A stretch of DNA of 64,000 nt from Thiotrichales bacterium. GTDB taxonomy: Bacteria; Pseudomonadota; Gammaproteobacteria; UWMA-0217. The position numbers and the translations under genes were made by a program. The notes beneath the pieces were generated by a model. It searched no databases, was not told where the DNA came from, and was given only the letters and a program-made list of their open reading frames with translations. Within the stretch, counting starts at the first letter, position 1. Every line of letters begins with the position of its first letter. Shown in pieces: positions 19,619 to 28,758 of this stretch. The stretch covers positions 5,277 through 69,276 of the forward strand of contig JBHJOI010000079.1 of assembly GCA_050329935.1 (NCBI GenBank), read 5' to 3'.

Positions 19619-20032
19619 TCATCGCGACCCGCGGGCGCAAAATGCGAGATAGTCGCCAGTCTCGATGGGGATCGCGCCTCGTAGCGGACGCGTGTAGAGG
19701 TAAACCCACGCGTCAACGCTGGTGCCGCCAACGGCAACGATCTCCAGGTACTTGCGCCGATACTCACGAGGCTCCCGAGCGGCCGCGTCGCAGCCCTCGT
19801 AGGCGTCGAGCCAGCGCAAGGTCGCGGTCGGAGCGCGCAGGCGGTAAAGATCGCCGATGACCATGCCGGCCGCAAAGGGCGACCGTACCATCGCGGGATA
19901 GGGTCCGAGGTCGTACAAACCACCAACGACCTGTGCATGACCCAACCACTGTGCTTCGCGCCGCAAACGTCGCTGCCACGGATTATCGCAACCGCGCCGC
20001 AGCGTGCCATAGACAAACAGGCGATCAAGCAT
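19619..20032 (-). CDS. Gamma-glutamylcyclotransferase (AIG2/GGACT-like) family protein
   Basis: 137 aa from the ATG at 20032. N-terminal LFVYGTLRRG motif. Confidence 0.75.
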   Translation of the reverse strand: MLDRLFVYGTLRRGCDNPWQRRLRREAQWLGHAQVVGGLYDLGPYPAMVRSPFAAGMVIGDLYRLRAPTATLRWLDAYEGCDAAAREPREYRRKYLEIVAVGGTSVDAWVYLYTRPLRGAIPIETGDYLAFCARGSR

Positions 20033-20233
20033 CACACGCATCCGGATTCGACGCCGGCGCGGGAAAGCCTGCCGCGACGCGCACCACGCAGCGCCACTCT
20101 CAACGCCATCCCCACCGGAGCCCACGCCCGACGCGGCTGCGAACGATCTCAGACCGCCGCCAGCCGAGGCTCGCACGCAACGGGTCCGATTCGCGACGGA
20201 AACCCGCCAAAGACACGCCCGGCGCCGCCGGGA

Positions 20234-20932
20234 TCACGAGGGGTCCACTCCCGTTCGCCAATCGATTTGCGGCGTGGCATTGCGTTCAAGAAAGGCGTTG
20301 ATGGTCGAAAACGGGCGACTGCCGAAAAAACCTCGATAAGCCGAGAGTGGCGAGGGATGCGGTGCTTCTATGACCAAGTGACGCTGGCGATCGAGGCCAC
20401 GCCCCATCAGCTGCGCGTGGTTGCCCCAGAGCACGAACGCCAGCGGTCGCGGTTGCCGGTCGAGCACCGCGACCACGCGGTCGGTGAACCGCTCCCAGCC
20501 TTTACCGCGATGGCTGCCAGGTTTACCGCACTCCGTCGTGAGCACCGTATTGAGCAGCAACACCCCCTGCTCCGCCCAAGCACTCAGACTGCCATTTTCG
20601 TTGTCGATGCCCAGGTCATCGCGCAACTCGCGAAAGATATTGATCAGCGATTTCGGCAACGGCTTTACGTCCGGGCGCACCGAAAAACACAGACCGTTCG
20701 CATGGCCCGGCGTGGGATAAGGATCCTGACCGATCACCACGACCCGCACCTGCCTCATCGGGGTCGCATTGAACGCGCGAAACCACTGCGCGGGCGGCGG
20801 AAGGATCTGCTTGCCCGCCGCAAGCTCCGCACGCAGGAAGTCGTTCAACGCGCCGAAACACGACTGTTCGAGCACATCCGCGAGGGCATCGGCCCAACCC
20901 GGTTCAAGCCGGAAGTCGTCGAATGGATTCAT
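20234..20932 (-). CDS. ung: Uracil-DNA glycosylase
   Basis: VVVIGQDPYPTPGHANGLCFSV, LLLNTVLT and HPSPLSA are family-1 UDG motifs. The start could be 20932 or 20956. Confidence 0.9.
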   Translation of the reverse strand: MNPFDDFRLEPGWADALADVLEQSCFGALNDFLRAELAAGKQILPPPAQWFRAFNATPMRQVRVVVIGQDPYPTPGHANGLCFSVRPDVKPLPKSLINIFRELRDDLGIDNENGSLSAWAEQGVLLLNTVLTTECGKPGSHRGKGWERFTDRVVAVLDRQPRPLAFVLWGNHAQLMGRGLDRQRHLVIEAPHPSPLSAYRGFFGSRPFSTINAFLERNATPQIDWRTGVDPS

Positions 20933-21573
20933 GGTGAGAGACGATCGATCTCCCACGCCCCTGCGACCAGATGGTAGCGAAATCGATCATGCAGCCGGTT
21001 TGGCCGACCCTGCCAGAACTCAAAACGTTGTGGTATCAGTCGGTAACCCCCCCAAGCCTCCGGCCGCGGAACGTCGCCCAGCGGGAATGCGCGCTGCAAA
21101 TCCGCCAATCGCGCCTCGAGCACGGCGCGGCTTTCAATCACCGCGCTCTGCACCGAACTCGCCGCGCTGAAGCGGCTATCCAGCGGCCGTGAATGGAAGT
21201 ACGTCTCCGCCTCGGTCATCGGCAAATGCTCAACCGGTCCCGCGATTCGCACCTGGCGTGCCAACTCGGGCCAATACAATAGGATCTCGGCGCGCGGATT
21301 CGCTTCAAGTTGGCGCCCCTTGTCGCTGCGTTTGTCGGTGTACCAGCAAAAGCCGGCGTGATCGAAGTGTTTGAGCAACACCGTGCGCAGAGCCGGTTCA
21401 CCCTCCGCCGTCGCCGTTGCCAGAAACATCGCGGTGGGATCCACCGCCTCGGGATGCTCCGCATCCTCAAACCAATTCGCGAACTGCACGAATGGGTCTC
21501 GATCGAGGTCAGCACGCCGGAGTTCGCCTAGATTGTAATCGCGGCGCGCATGGCGCAGGTCACGTTTCGACAT
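20929..21573 (-). CDS. pdxH: Pyridoxamine 5'-phosphate oxidase
   Basis: 214 aa. RFEFWQGRPNRLHDRFRY C-terminal signature and an FMN-binding split-barrel N-terminal region. Confidence 0.9.
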   Translation of the reverse strand: MSKRDLRHARRDYNLGELRRADLDRDPFVQFANWFEDAEHPEAVDPTAMFLATATAEGEPALRTVLLKHFDHAGFCWYTDKRSDKGRQLEANPRAEILLYWPELARQVRIAGPVEHLPMTEAETYFHSRPLDSRFSAASSVQSAVIESRAVLEARLADLQRAFPLGDVPRPEAWGGYRLIPQRFEFWQGRPNRLHDRFRYHLVAGAWEIDRLSP

Positions 21574-21682
21574 CGGGACGCTCCTGTCAAATTAATCACT
21601 TCGGTGGCCCAAAATAGCAGTGGACGCGGCCACTGGCTATGATTCGGAATCCATCCGAGCCATACGCAGAAATCACCCCATC

Positions 21683-22228
21683 ATGCCGCCGCCGAACCCC
21701 AGCCCGCTGACCCTCGTGCAGCAGCAGCGCATCGTGATCGAGACCGAACAACGCGTACGTGAGGCGGTCGCAGCGCTCGGTTTGACGCGTCCCGCACCCG
21801 TGGAGATTCGATTCGACGTGCGTGGCTCCGCCTGGGGTTACTACGTGCGGCATCGCGATCAGTGCCGCATTCGTTACAATCCCTGGCTGTTCGCGCAATT
21901 CTTTGACGATGGTATCCAAGAGACGGTGCCGCACGAGGTCGCGCATTTCGTCGTCGACTTGTTGCACCCCAGACCGAGGCGCCGACTTCAGCCGCACGGT
22001 CGTGAATGGCGTTCGGTCATGCTGCTGTTCGGCTTCGACGCGCCCAGTACCACCCATCGCCACTCGCTCGCCAATGTGCCCGTGCGGCGCCAGGCGCGCT
22101 TCGCGTACCAATGCGATTGTCGCGCGCACGAACTGAGTGCGACCCGCCATTATCGAATCTTGCGCAGCAAGGTGATTTATCACTGTCGATTCTGTGGCGG
22201 TGCGTTGCGGCGCGAATCCTCAGCCTGA
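21683..22228 (+). CDS. sprT: SprT-family zinc metalloprotease-like protein
   Basis: HEVAHF (HExxH) plus a C-terminal Cys-rich zinc ribbon (CDC..HCRFCGG). ATG at 21683. Confidence 0.75.
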   Translation: MPPPNPSPLTLVQQQRIVIETEQRVREAVAALGLTRPAPVEIRFDVRGSAWGYYVRHRDQCRIRYNPWLFAQFFDDGIQETVPHEVAHFVVDLLHPRPRRRLQPHGREWRSVMLLFGFDAPSTTHRHSLANVPVRRQARFAYQCDCRAHELSATRHYRILRSKVIYHCRFCGGALRRESSA

Positions 22229-22402
22229 CTTTCACGGCGCGAACGCTGCAACGGAGGCTGAAAGCACATGCCTTGGGCTTATGACCCATCACTTTAATCG
22301 ACCGCGCCGGCATCGCGTTGCATTACGTTACGAATGCGCACCCTGAACGAACCGCGGAATCGGTTAAACTCGTAAACGGTACAAACATCGGGAGACCGCG
22401 CC

Positions 22403-23128
22403 ATGACCTTTCCCCGCTTCCTGCTGACTTGCCTCGTGTTGTTGGGCGCGTTGCTCGCTGGTTGTTCGCACCAGCCCGCTACGCCCGAAGAGGTCACCCG
22501 CGATTTCTGGAATGCAGTGATCGAGAACAACGCGGAACGGATGCAGCAACTCGTGGCCAAGGACTCGCTCAAGGATCCGAGGCTGCTTTCGAACCATGAC
22601 CGCAAGTTGCGGGCCGTCGAGATCGGCACGGCGGAAAAAACCGAGATCAGCGCCCAGGTCGCGACCACGCTCGTCGGCGGGGAACCCGGCAAGGAAACAC
22701 GTCTACCAATCAGCACGCAACTGGTACGCGAGAATCAGCAATGGCGGGTACACGGCCAGCGTAGCGTTGACGCGCTGGTCACCGCGTCGGTGCAATTGAT
22801 GGCCAGTCAGGTGAGCGACAACCTCGCCAATATCGGTCAGGATCTCTCCCGGTCCGTCACCACCGGGATAGAGTCCTTCATGCAGTCGTTGAATCAGGAA
22901 CTACCGCAGCTCAAGCAACAACTCGAAGCACTGTCCGACGAACAGAAATCGCAACAACTCGGTTCGCAACTGGGCGTCTTGTTTGCCCAGGGCATCAAGG
23001 AGGCTTTGCGGGAGTTCAATCAGGGGATGGAAGAACTCGGTCAGGAACTCAAGCGGAACGCGCCCGCGGCGCCAGCGCCGGGCGCGGCCGAGCGAAATGA
23101 ATCAGCGCGGCCGGACGAGCGTATCTGA
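22403..23128 (+). CDS. Lipoprotein of unknown function
   Basis: Signal peptide with lipobox LLAGC at MTFPRFLLTCLVLLGALLAGCSHQ. The rest is helical and Gln/Glu-rich; I recognise no family. Confidence 0.6.
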   Translation: MTFPRFLLTCLVLLGALLAGCSHQPATPEEVTRDFWNAVIENNAERMQQLVAKDSLKDPRLLSNHDRKLRAVEIGTAEKTEISAQVATTLVGGEPGKETRLPISTQLVRENQQWRVHGQRSVDALVTASVQLMASQVSDNLANIGQDLSRSVTTGIESFMQSLNQELPQLKQQLEALSDEQKSQQLGSQLGVLFAQGIKEALREFNQGMEELGQELKRNAPAAPAPGAAERNESARPDERI

Positions 23129-23372
23129 AACGGGTCGGTGCGCGATGGAAGGAATTTGCCGCCATGAACTGCGCCTTCGCTTCGGTGACCGAGGGAACTC
23201 GAGCCGATCGCGTGGAGACGCAACCACGATGCCGCCAAGGTCCTGAAGCGCTGTCCGCTGATGGACACCGCAAACGTCGTCGAGAAGGTCACCGGCAAGA
23301 TCCGCGGCCTTCCGGTCGACCAATGAGCACCAAGCTCGATTGATTAAACCTGGTGCACTCGGAGGCTCGTCC

Positions 23373-23885
23373 TCAGTGCTCGTGACCGCACCCGCACTCG
23401 TGGTGTTCCTGCCCACATTCACCGTGGCCGTGCGCGTGACCATGGTTCATTTCGTCATCGGTGGCGTCGCGTACCGCTTGCACCCGCACATCGAAATGAA
23501 GCGTTTGGCCCGCCATCGGGTGATTGCCGTCCACCGTGATACTGTCATCGACGACCTCGCGAACCACGACGACCTGGTGTCCATGCGCGGTTTCGGCATG
23601 GAACATCATGCCGACGTCGATCTCCGCATCGCCGAACATATCCCGCGGCACAACCTGCAGCAGCGTATCGTCATAGTCTCCGTACCCTTCTTCCGGAACG
23701 ACGACAATCTCGAGTTCGTCGCCAACGGTACGGCCTTCCAGCGCCTTCTCCAGTCCAGGGATGATGTCGTCGCCGCCGTGCAGATAGACGTAGGGATTAT
23801 CCTCGGTGCTCCGCTCCAATTCCTGGCCGGAATCGTTTTTCAACACATAATCCAGTGTGACGACTTTGCCACTCACAATCTGCAT
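23373..23885 (-). CDS. slyD: FKBP-type peptidyl-prolyl isomerase SlyD with a His/Cys-rich metal-binding tail
   Basis: MQIVSGKVVTLDYVL..YLHGGDDIIPGLEKAL..HPMAGQTLHFDV, with the tail NHGHAHGHGECGQEHHECGCGHEH. ATG at 23885. Confidence 0.9.
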   Translation of the reverse strand: MQIVSGKVVTLDYVLKNDSGQELERSTEDNPYVYLHGGDDIIPGLEKALEGRTVGDELEIVVVPEEGYGDYDDTLLQVVPRDMFGDAEIDVGMMFHAETAHGHQVVVVREVVDDSITVDGNHPMAGQTLHFDVRVQAVRDATDDEMNHGHAHGHGECGQEHHECGCGHEH

Positions 23886-23989
23886 CGCTCGTTCCTCAAC
23901 TGTCCGTAACCTAGATATTCGATATGGTACCTGCAATCGAGTTACCGCGCCCCCAGATTTTGCCGTGAAACGCCGGTGCAAATGGGGAT

Positions 23990-24133
23990 GCCGTTCCGGG
24001 TTGGGTAAGCAGGAGCGTCAAAGCGGGACCACAGTCGTCGTGCCCTAAAAACGGGTTCACACCGTCTCCCGCCTAGCCGAACCGGAGCGGCTTTCATCGG
24101 CCGAGGCGGAGTCCTCGCCATGTAATATTTACG
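23990..24133 (+). repeat. Interspersed ~145-bp repeat, copy 4 (degenerate arms)
   Basis: CCGGGTTGGGTAAGCAGGAGCG ... GGGTTCACACCGTCTCCCGCCTAGCCGAACCGGAGCGGCTTTCATCGGCCGAGGCGGAGTCCTCGCCATG. First unit of a tandem pair. Confidence 0.75.
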
Positions 24134-24157
24134 CGAAATGCCGGATTCCCAGAGTGG

Positions 24158-24305
24158 GCGCCGGTCCGGGTTGGATAGGCGGGCGCATAGGCCGCATGGA
24201 ATCGGCCGTTGAGCCCCCAGGGAGGGGTTCGCGGCGTCTCCCGCCTTTAGCCGAACCGGAGCGGCATTCATCGGCCGAGGCGGCGTCCTCGACATGAAAG
24301 TAAGG
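24158..24305 (+). repeat. Interspersed ~145-bp repeat, copy 5
   Basis: CCGGGTTGGATAGGCGGGCG ... GGGTTCGCGGCGTCTCCCGCCTTTAGCCGAACCGGAGCGGCATTCATCGGCCGAGGCGGCGTCCTCGACATGAAAGTAAGG. Second unit of the tandem pair, upstream of fabA. Confidence 0.8.
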
Positions 24306-24392
24306 TCGGACCGGGAAGCGGTGGACCGTGAGTTTTTAGCGCAAATGTACTAAAGTGCCGTGATTCCGCGACATCGCCCTGGACCCGACTGC

Positions 24393-24908
24393 ATGACCCG
24401 ACCTGAATCCTTTTCACGAGAAGAACTTATCCGCTGCGGCAAGGGTGATATGTTCGGCCCCGGCAACGCCCAGTTGCCCCTCCCCAACATGTTGATGATG
24501 GACCGCGTGATCAGAATCACCGACTCGGGCGGGCGCTACGACAAGGGCGAAATCATCGCGGAACTCGATATCAAACCCGATCTCTGGTTTTTCGCCTGCC
24601 ATTTCGAGGGTGATCCGGTCATGCCGGGTTGTCTTGGACTCGACGCGTTGTGGCAACTGATTGGGTTTTACCTGGCCTGGCTGGGCAGCCCCGGCCGCGG
24701 TCGCGCGCTCGGCGCGGGCGAGGTGAAGTTTTTCGGTCAGGTTCTGCCGACCGCGACAAAAGTGACCTACCACCTGGATCTCAAACGGGTCATCCAGCGC
24801 CGACTGGTGATGGGCATCGCCGATGGCCGCGTGATGGTCGACGGCCGTGAGATCTACACGGCAAGCGATCTCAAGGTCGGATTGTTTACCTCGACCGCGG
24901 ATTTTTAG
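24393..24908 (+). CDS. fabA: 3-hydroxydecanoyl-ACP dehydratase/isomerase
   Basis: 171 aa. [12 protein letters not shown].. and [24 protein letters not shown] active-site region. Followed by fabB. Confidence 0.95.
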   Translation: MTRPESFSREELIRCGKGDMFGPGNAQLPLPNMLMMDRVIRITDSGGRYDKGEIIAELDIKPDLWFFACHFEGDPVMPGCLGLDALWQLIGFYLAWLGSPGRGRALGAGEVKFFGQVLPTATKVTYHLDLKRVIQRRLVMGIADGRVMVDGREIYTASDLKVGLFTSTADF

Positions 24909-24941
24909 ACCGGTAGCAGCAAACAGCGGAGTGTCAGTAAC

Positions 24942-26159
24942 ATGCGACGGGTAGTCATCACCGGAATCGGTATCATTTCGTGCCTGGGCAACGACCAGGA
25001 CAGCGTTGCCGAATCATTGCGCCTCGGGCGCTCTGGAATCAGTTTCCAGCAAGACTACAAGGAAATGGGCATGCGCAGCCAAGTGGCGGGCGTACCCGCG
25101 ATCGACCTCGCCGCCCATATCGATCGCAAGCAACTTCGGTTCATGGGCCACGCCGCGGCGTATGCCTTCCTCGCCATGCAGCAGGCGATCGCGGACTCGG
25201 GATTGGCGCACGCGGAGATTTCGAATCCTCGCACCGGGATCATTGCCGGATCTGGCGGCGCCGCCGCATCGAGTCAGGTCGAGTCCGCCGACATTCTGCG
25301 TAGTAAGGGCGTACGCCGGGTCGGTCCCTATCGCGTGACGCAGACCATGGGCAGTACCGTTTCCGCCTGTCTGGCCACACCGTTCGAAATCAAGGGCGTC
25401 AATTACTCGATCTCATCGGCCTGCGCGACCAGCGCGCATTGCATTGGCAACGGCGTCGAGCAGATCCAGTTCGGCAAGCAGGACATCGTGTTCGCGGGCG
25501 GTGGCGAGGAGGTGCATTGGGCACTGAGCTCCCTGTTCGACGCGATGGGCGCGCTGTCGTCGCAATTCAATGAGGCTCCGGAGCGCGCGTCGCGCGCCTA
25601 CGACGCGGCCCGCGACGGTTTCGTGATCGCTGGCGGCGGCGGCATGGTGGTGCTCGAGGAACTCGAACACGCCCGCGCGCGCGGTGCGCGTATCTACGCA
25701 GAAGTCGTCGGCTACGGCGCGACCTCGGACGGCTACGACATGGTCGCGCCCTCCGGCGAAGGTGCGCAACGCTGCATGCGTCAGGCCATTGCCGATCTCG
25801 ACGGACCAATCGACTACATCAATACGCACGGCACCAGCACACCGGTCGGCGATGTCGCGGAACTCAACGCAATCCGCGCGACCTTCGGCAGCGAGATTCC
25901 GCCGATCAGTTCGACCAAATCGCTCTCCGGCCACTCACTCGGCGCCGCGGGTGTGCAGGAAGCAATCTACTGTCTGCTGATGCAGAAGCACGGCTTCATC
26001 GCGGCATCGGCCAACATCGAGACCCTCGATCCGGTAGCGGACGGGATCCCGATCGTGCTCGAACGGATCGACAACGCGAACCCGCGTCGGATCCTGTCAA
26101 ACAGCTTCGGTTTCGGCGGCACCAATGCGGCGCTGGTGCTCGAGAAGTGGGACGCCTGA
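24942..26159 (+). CDS. fabB: Beta-ketoacyl-ACP synthase I
   Basis: 405 aa. The ISSACATS active-site Cys, the [11 protein letters not shown] and GHSLGAAG His motifs, and the fabA-fabB arrangement. Confidence 0.95.
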   Translation: MRRVVITGIGIISCLGNDQDSVAESLRLGRSGISFQQDYKEMGMRSQVAGVPAIDLAAHIDRKQLRFMGHAAAYAFLAMQQAIADSGLAHAEISNPRTGIIAGSGGAAASSQVESADILRSKGVRRVGPYRVTQTMGSTVSACLATPFEIKGVNYSISSACATSAHCIGNGVEQIQFGKQDIVFAGGGEEVHWALSSLFDAMGALSSQFNEAPERASRAYDAARDGFVIAGGGGMVVLEELEHARARGARIYAEVVGYGATSDGYDMVAPSGEGAQRCMRQAIADLDGPIDYINTHGTSTPVGDVAELNAIRATFGSEIPPISSTKSLSGHSLGAAGVQEAIYCLLMQKHGFIAASANIETLDPVADGIPIVLERIDNANPRRILSNSFGFGGTNAALVLEKWDA

Positions 26160-26322
26160 CCGTCGCCCGACCGAAGGACAACCATGCTTTCTTGGCGAAA
26201 ACTCCGTCCGTAAGGATGAAAGTCGCCAAGGGCAGGATATAGCAGACGATACCGTGAACCGTCCCGCGGCGTCGGCGCCTGCCCTTAAGCAACCACATCC
26301 CCTGTAATCACGTTCTTTCAGG

Positions 26323-26910
26323 TTAACGAGTAACCTCGCGATCAAGCGGGACAGGCTGCACCTCGGTCAATGGCAACCGTGCCTCGCGCCAGCCATCGGT
26401 CCCGTCGGGATACCAATAAAGGTTGCGATAGCCATAACCGTGGGCGCGTTGCACCGCATTCCACGACATCCAGCAATCTGCGACGCAGAAGATCACGATC
26501 GCACGGGCACGATCCCCCGCGGTGAGGCGCGCGAGCTGTTCGCGGAAGTAGGCATCAAGCGTCGGACTCAAGCTGGCATAGCCCACATTCGGCAACCAGA
26601 CGCTGCCCGGGAGGCTCTGCCTCGGCACGTCGGGCAACCAATCGATCGCGAAATCCAGCAGTTCCGGGCGCATCGCGATCGCCTGCACATCGACCAGCAC
26701 GGGAGATTGGGTTGCCAGTAACTGGCGTAGCTCCGCCGTTGTGAGCGTGGTGCCGTTCGGTACGTTCGCCGGTGTAGGAGCGCGATAGTACGCCGCGCGA
26801 TAGCCCTCGGCGTTCAGATGACGCGGTGGCTCGGCCAGGGCCGACAGCGATGCGAGCAGCAGGATTCCAAGCGCACCAGCACGGACTTCACGCGATATCC
26901 ACGCGATCAT
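26323..26910 (-). CDS. PQQ-dependent-catabolism-associated CXXCW-motif (rhodanese-like) periplasmic protein
   Basis: Signal peptide and IVIFCVADCWMSWNAV (C-x-x-C-W). The ATG overlaps the upstream stop as ATGA. Confidence 0.7.
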   Translation of the reverse strand: MIAWISREVRAGALGILLLASLSALAEPPRHLNAEGYRAAYYRAPTPANVPNGTTLTTAELRQLLATQSPVLVDVQAIAMRPELLDFAIDWLPDVPRQSLPGSVWLPNVGYASLSPTLDAYFREQLARLTAGDRARAIVIFCVADCWMSWNAVQRAHGYGYRNLYWYPDGTDGWREARLPLTEVQPVPLDREVTR

Positions 26911-27875
26911 CGCCCCGAATCGCGCGTCGTTCCAACCGGGACCAGGTAACGCGCCTCGTAGTCGCGGTACAGATGGTTGAGCGAACGTTGATATTCGGCC
27001 GGCATCACCGCCATCGCCGCGAACTCCGGCGGCAGGTCGAGCGCCAACGCCTCGGCCATATCCAGCCCGTCACGCGCGGCATGATTCAGGGTCTGGTCGA
27101 GCCAGTGCAGATAGGCGGCGGTTTGATCGATCGCTCCGCCATCAACGGCGATGGGTCCATGACTCGGGACAAGAATTCGATAAGTCACCCGCCGCAGCCG
27201 TTCGAGCTCCGCGAGCCAGCTCTTGAGATCGGCATGGGGCGTGGTCGGCGCGCGATCATGAAACACGATGCCTCCGGCGAACAACACGCCACTGGCCCGG
27301 TCCAACACGACCAGATCACCCGGCGTGTGCCCGGACAGCGTGATGACCTCCAACAGTCGTCCACCGACCCGCACCACACCAGCGGTCGCGATATCGGTCG
27401 GGAGCACCGGTTCGGTCCCTAGCATCCAGGTATCGACCAGCCGATACATGTTGTCGGTAAATTGGTCCGCTTGCTGCCGCAGCAGCTCGATCGCGCGCGG
27501 GTGGGCGTGTATCGGCACGTCGCGGAACGCCTGATTGCCGAGGAAATGATCCGGGTGAGGCTTACTTAGATATACACGCAGGATCGGTTTGTCGGTCAAA
27601 CGGGCAATCGCCGCGCGAAGTTGCTCGCCGTAAAGTCGCGATGGCCCGGTATTGATGACGATCACGCCCTCATCCCCAACGATCACGCCGGTATTTAATA
27701 TATTGCCGCCATTGCGGTAAGAAAAATCCTCGTTCGCGCCTTCGAATACATAAACGCCTAGCGCGATCGCCTTCGGCGCGAGCCCATAGTCACGGCTATC
27801 CGCTCCAGCTTCAGTGACCGCCAAAACGAGCAGCGCAAAACAAACGCTCAGCCAACCGCCCGTCCGGCCGTTCAT
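26907..27875 (-). CDS. Quinoprotein-relay-system-type MBL-fold zinc metallohydrolase
   Basis: Signal peptide and a metallo-beta-lactamase-like core (VIVINTGPS, LSKPHPDHFLGN, GHTPGDLVV). ATGA overlaps at both ends. Confidence 0.7.
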   Translation of the reverse strand: MNGRTGGWLSVCFALLVLAVTEAGADSRDYGLAPKAIALGVYVFEGANEDFSYRNGGNILNTGVIVGDEGVIVINTGPSRLYGEQLRAAIARLTDKPILRVYLSKPHPDHFLGNQAFRDVPIHAHPRAIELLRQQADQFTDNMYRLVDTWMLGTEPVLPTDIATAGVVRVGGRLLEVITLSGHTPGDLVVLDRASGVLFAGGIVFHDRAPTTPHADLKSWLAELERLRRVTYRILVPSHGPIAVDGGAIDQTAAYLHWLDQTLNHAARDGLDMAEALALDLPPEFAAMAVMPAEYQRSLNHLYRDYEARYLVPVGTTRDSGR

Positions 27876-28750
27876 CGACCCGCCTCATTCGAAGTGACGC
27901 GCGCGGAAAATCGATTGCCGTTATTGTCTCGACCGCGCAGCGTGACCGCGCCGGTTTGCCCGAGATCCAGCGAGAACACCGGGTTTTCCGACACCGGCTC
28001 GAACGGTTTGAGGTGCGCAAGATCCTCGCCGGACTCGGTCGCGACGTGAATATCGGTGATGTGAAATACCGGCACTCCGGGAGCGAGGCCGGTGTCCATG
28101 GGATGCATCACACTAAAGCGTAACCGTTGACCGTGCTCGCGCGGCCAGGTCGCGGCCCGCGTCTCCCCGAGTCGCGCGGCCCACACCTCGTCGCCGCTGG
28201 CAAAACTTGGTAACGTGCAACCGCCGCCGGCCGCCTCCAACCACACACCACCCACCCGCCAGATCCCATCGCCGGTCCGCACCGCCGCGCGTATGGGTGT
28301 CGATTGCTGCACCTTGAACCTGAATCCGATCGTCGCCCGCGTGCCGGCGCGGGGAAAATAGTCCAACACTTTCGGTATCGGGTTGAGATCCGCGAACACC
28401 CGCATCTCGGTCACCCCGTCCAGCGCGCTCGCGTCCACAAACACCGGCACCTCCAGCGCATCCTCGGCCGAGACGGGTGCGATCACGCGCACCCGATCAT
28501 CGAACACCACCTTTGCGTCGCCCAGCAGCGTCGTGACCATGTTCGACCATTGTGTCGAGTCCAGTGGATCTTTCGCTGGCGTCAGAACATCGGTCGTGCC
28601 AAGCGCGGCGACGAACAACCCCGGCAGACTCAGCACAACCAACCACGCGACGCGACCGCGCGCTGACGCGACCGCCCGCCGCGACGGCCGGCCCGCCACG
28701 GACCGGCCCGAAAGGCTGGCACATCGAAGAGCGCCAATAAACCTTGCCAT
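27872..28750 (-). CDS. Quinoprotein-dehydrogenase-associated SoxYZ-like carrier protein
   Basis: A SoxY-like half ending in ..WLEAAGGGCTLPSF (Gly-Gly-Gly-Cys), then a SoxZ-like half (RLRFSVMHPMDTGL..ITDIHV..). Arg-rich signal region. Confidence 0.7.
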   Translation of the reverse strand: MARFIGALRCASLSGRSVAGRPSRRAVASARGRVAWLVVLSLPGLFVAALGTTDVLTPAKDPLDSTQWSNMVTTLLGDAKVVFDDRVRVIAPVSAEDALEVPVFVDASALDGVTEMRVFADLNPIPKVLDYFPRAGTRATIGFRFKVQQSTPIRAAVRTGDGIWRVGGVWLEAAGGGCTLPSFASGDEVWAARLGETRAATWPREHGQRLRFSVMHPMDTGLAPGVPVFHITDIHVATESGEDLAHLKPFEPVSENPVFSLDLGQTGAVTLRGRDNNGNRFSARVTSNEAGR

Positions 28751-28758
28751 GCGCCGCG

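Noticed and set aside
19597-20028. N-terminal 140-aa extension of the track ORF 18640-20028 (cpdA).
   Set aside because: The extension overlaps, out of frame, the well-supported gamma-glutamylcyclotransferase gene (19619-20032) and is Arg/Pro-rich. The phosphoesterase motifs start only after about 19560. I used a GTG start at 19596.
23189-23325. Protein-like reading frame ..AAKVLKRCPLMDTANVVEKVTGKIRGLPVDQ* in the lipoprotein-slyD spacer.
   Set aside because: The frame opens right after a stop. The only in-frame ATG would give a 22-aa peptide, and nothing in it is recognisable. It is possibly a gene remnant, but this is not demonstrable here.
23942-24295. 117-aa minus-strand ORF with the internally repeated peptide M(S/A)RTPPRPM(N/K)AAPVRL.
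   Set aside because: It runs through the two tandem repeat copies, so the peptide repetition simply mirrors the DNA repeat. In copies 1 and 2 the equivalent frame is broken by indels or early stops, so the frame is not conserved. I treat it as non-coding.
23990-24305. Possible CRISPR array or other short tandem array.
   Set aside because: There are only two ~145-bp units with a ~25-nt gap and no repeat-spacer periodicity. The same unit occurs singly elsewhere. No cas genes are in the window.
24325-24360. FabR/DesT-like operator upstream of fabA (TTTAGCGCAAATGTACTAAAG, outer TTTAG/CTAAA inverted repeat).
   Set aside because: Only about 10 of 18 positions match the E. coli FabR site as I remember it, and the inner half-sites are not palindromic. 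This is too weak to annotate.
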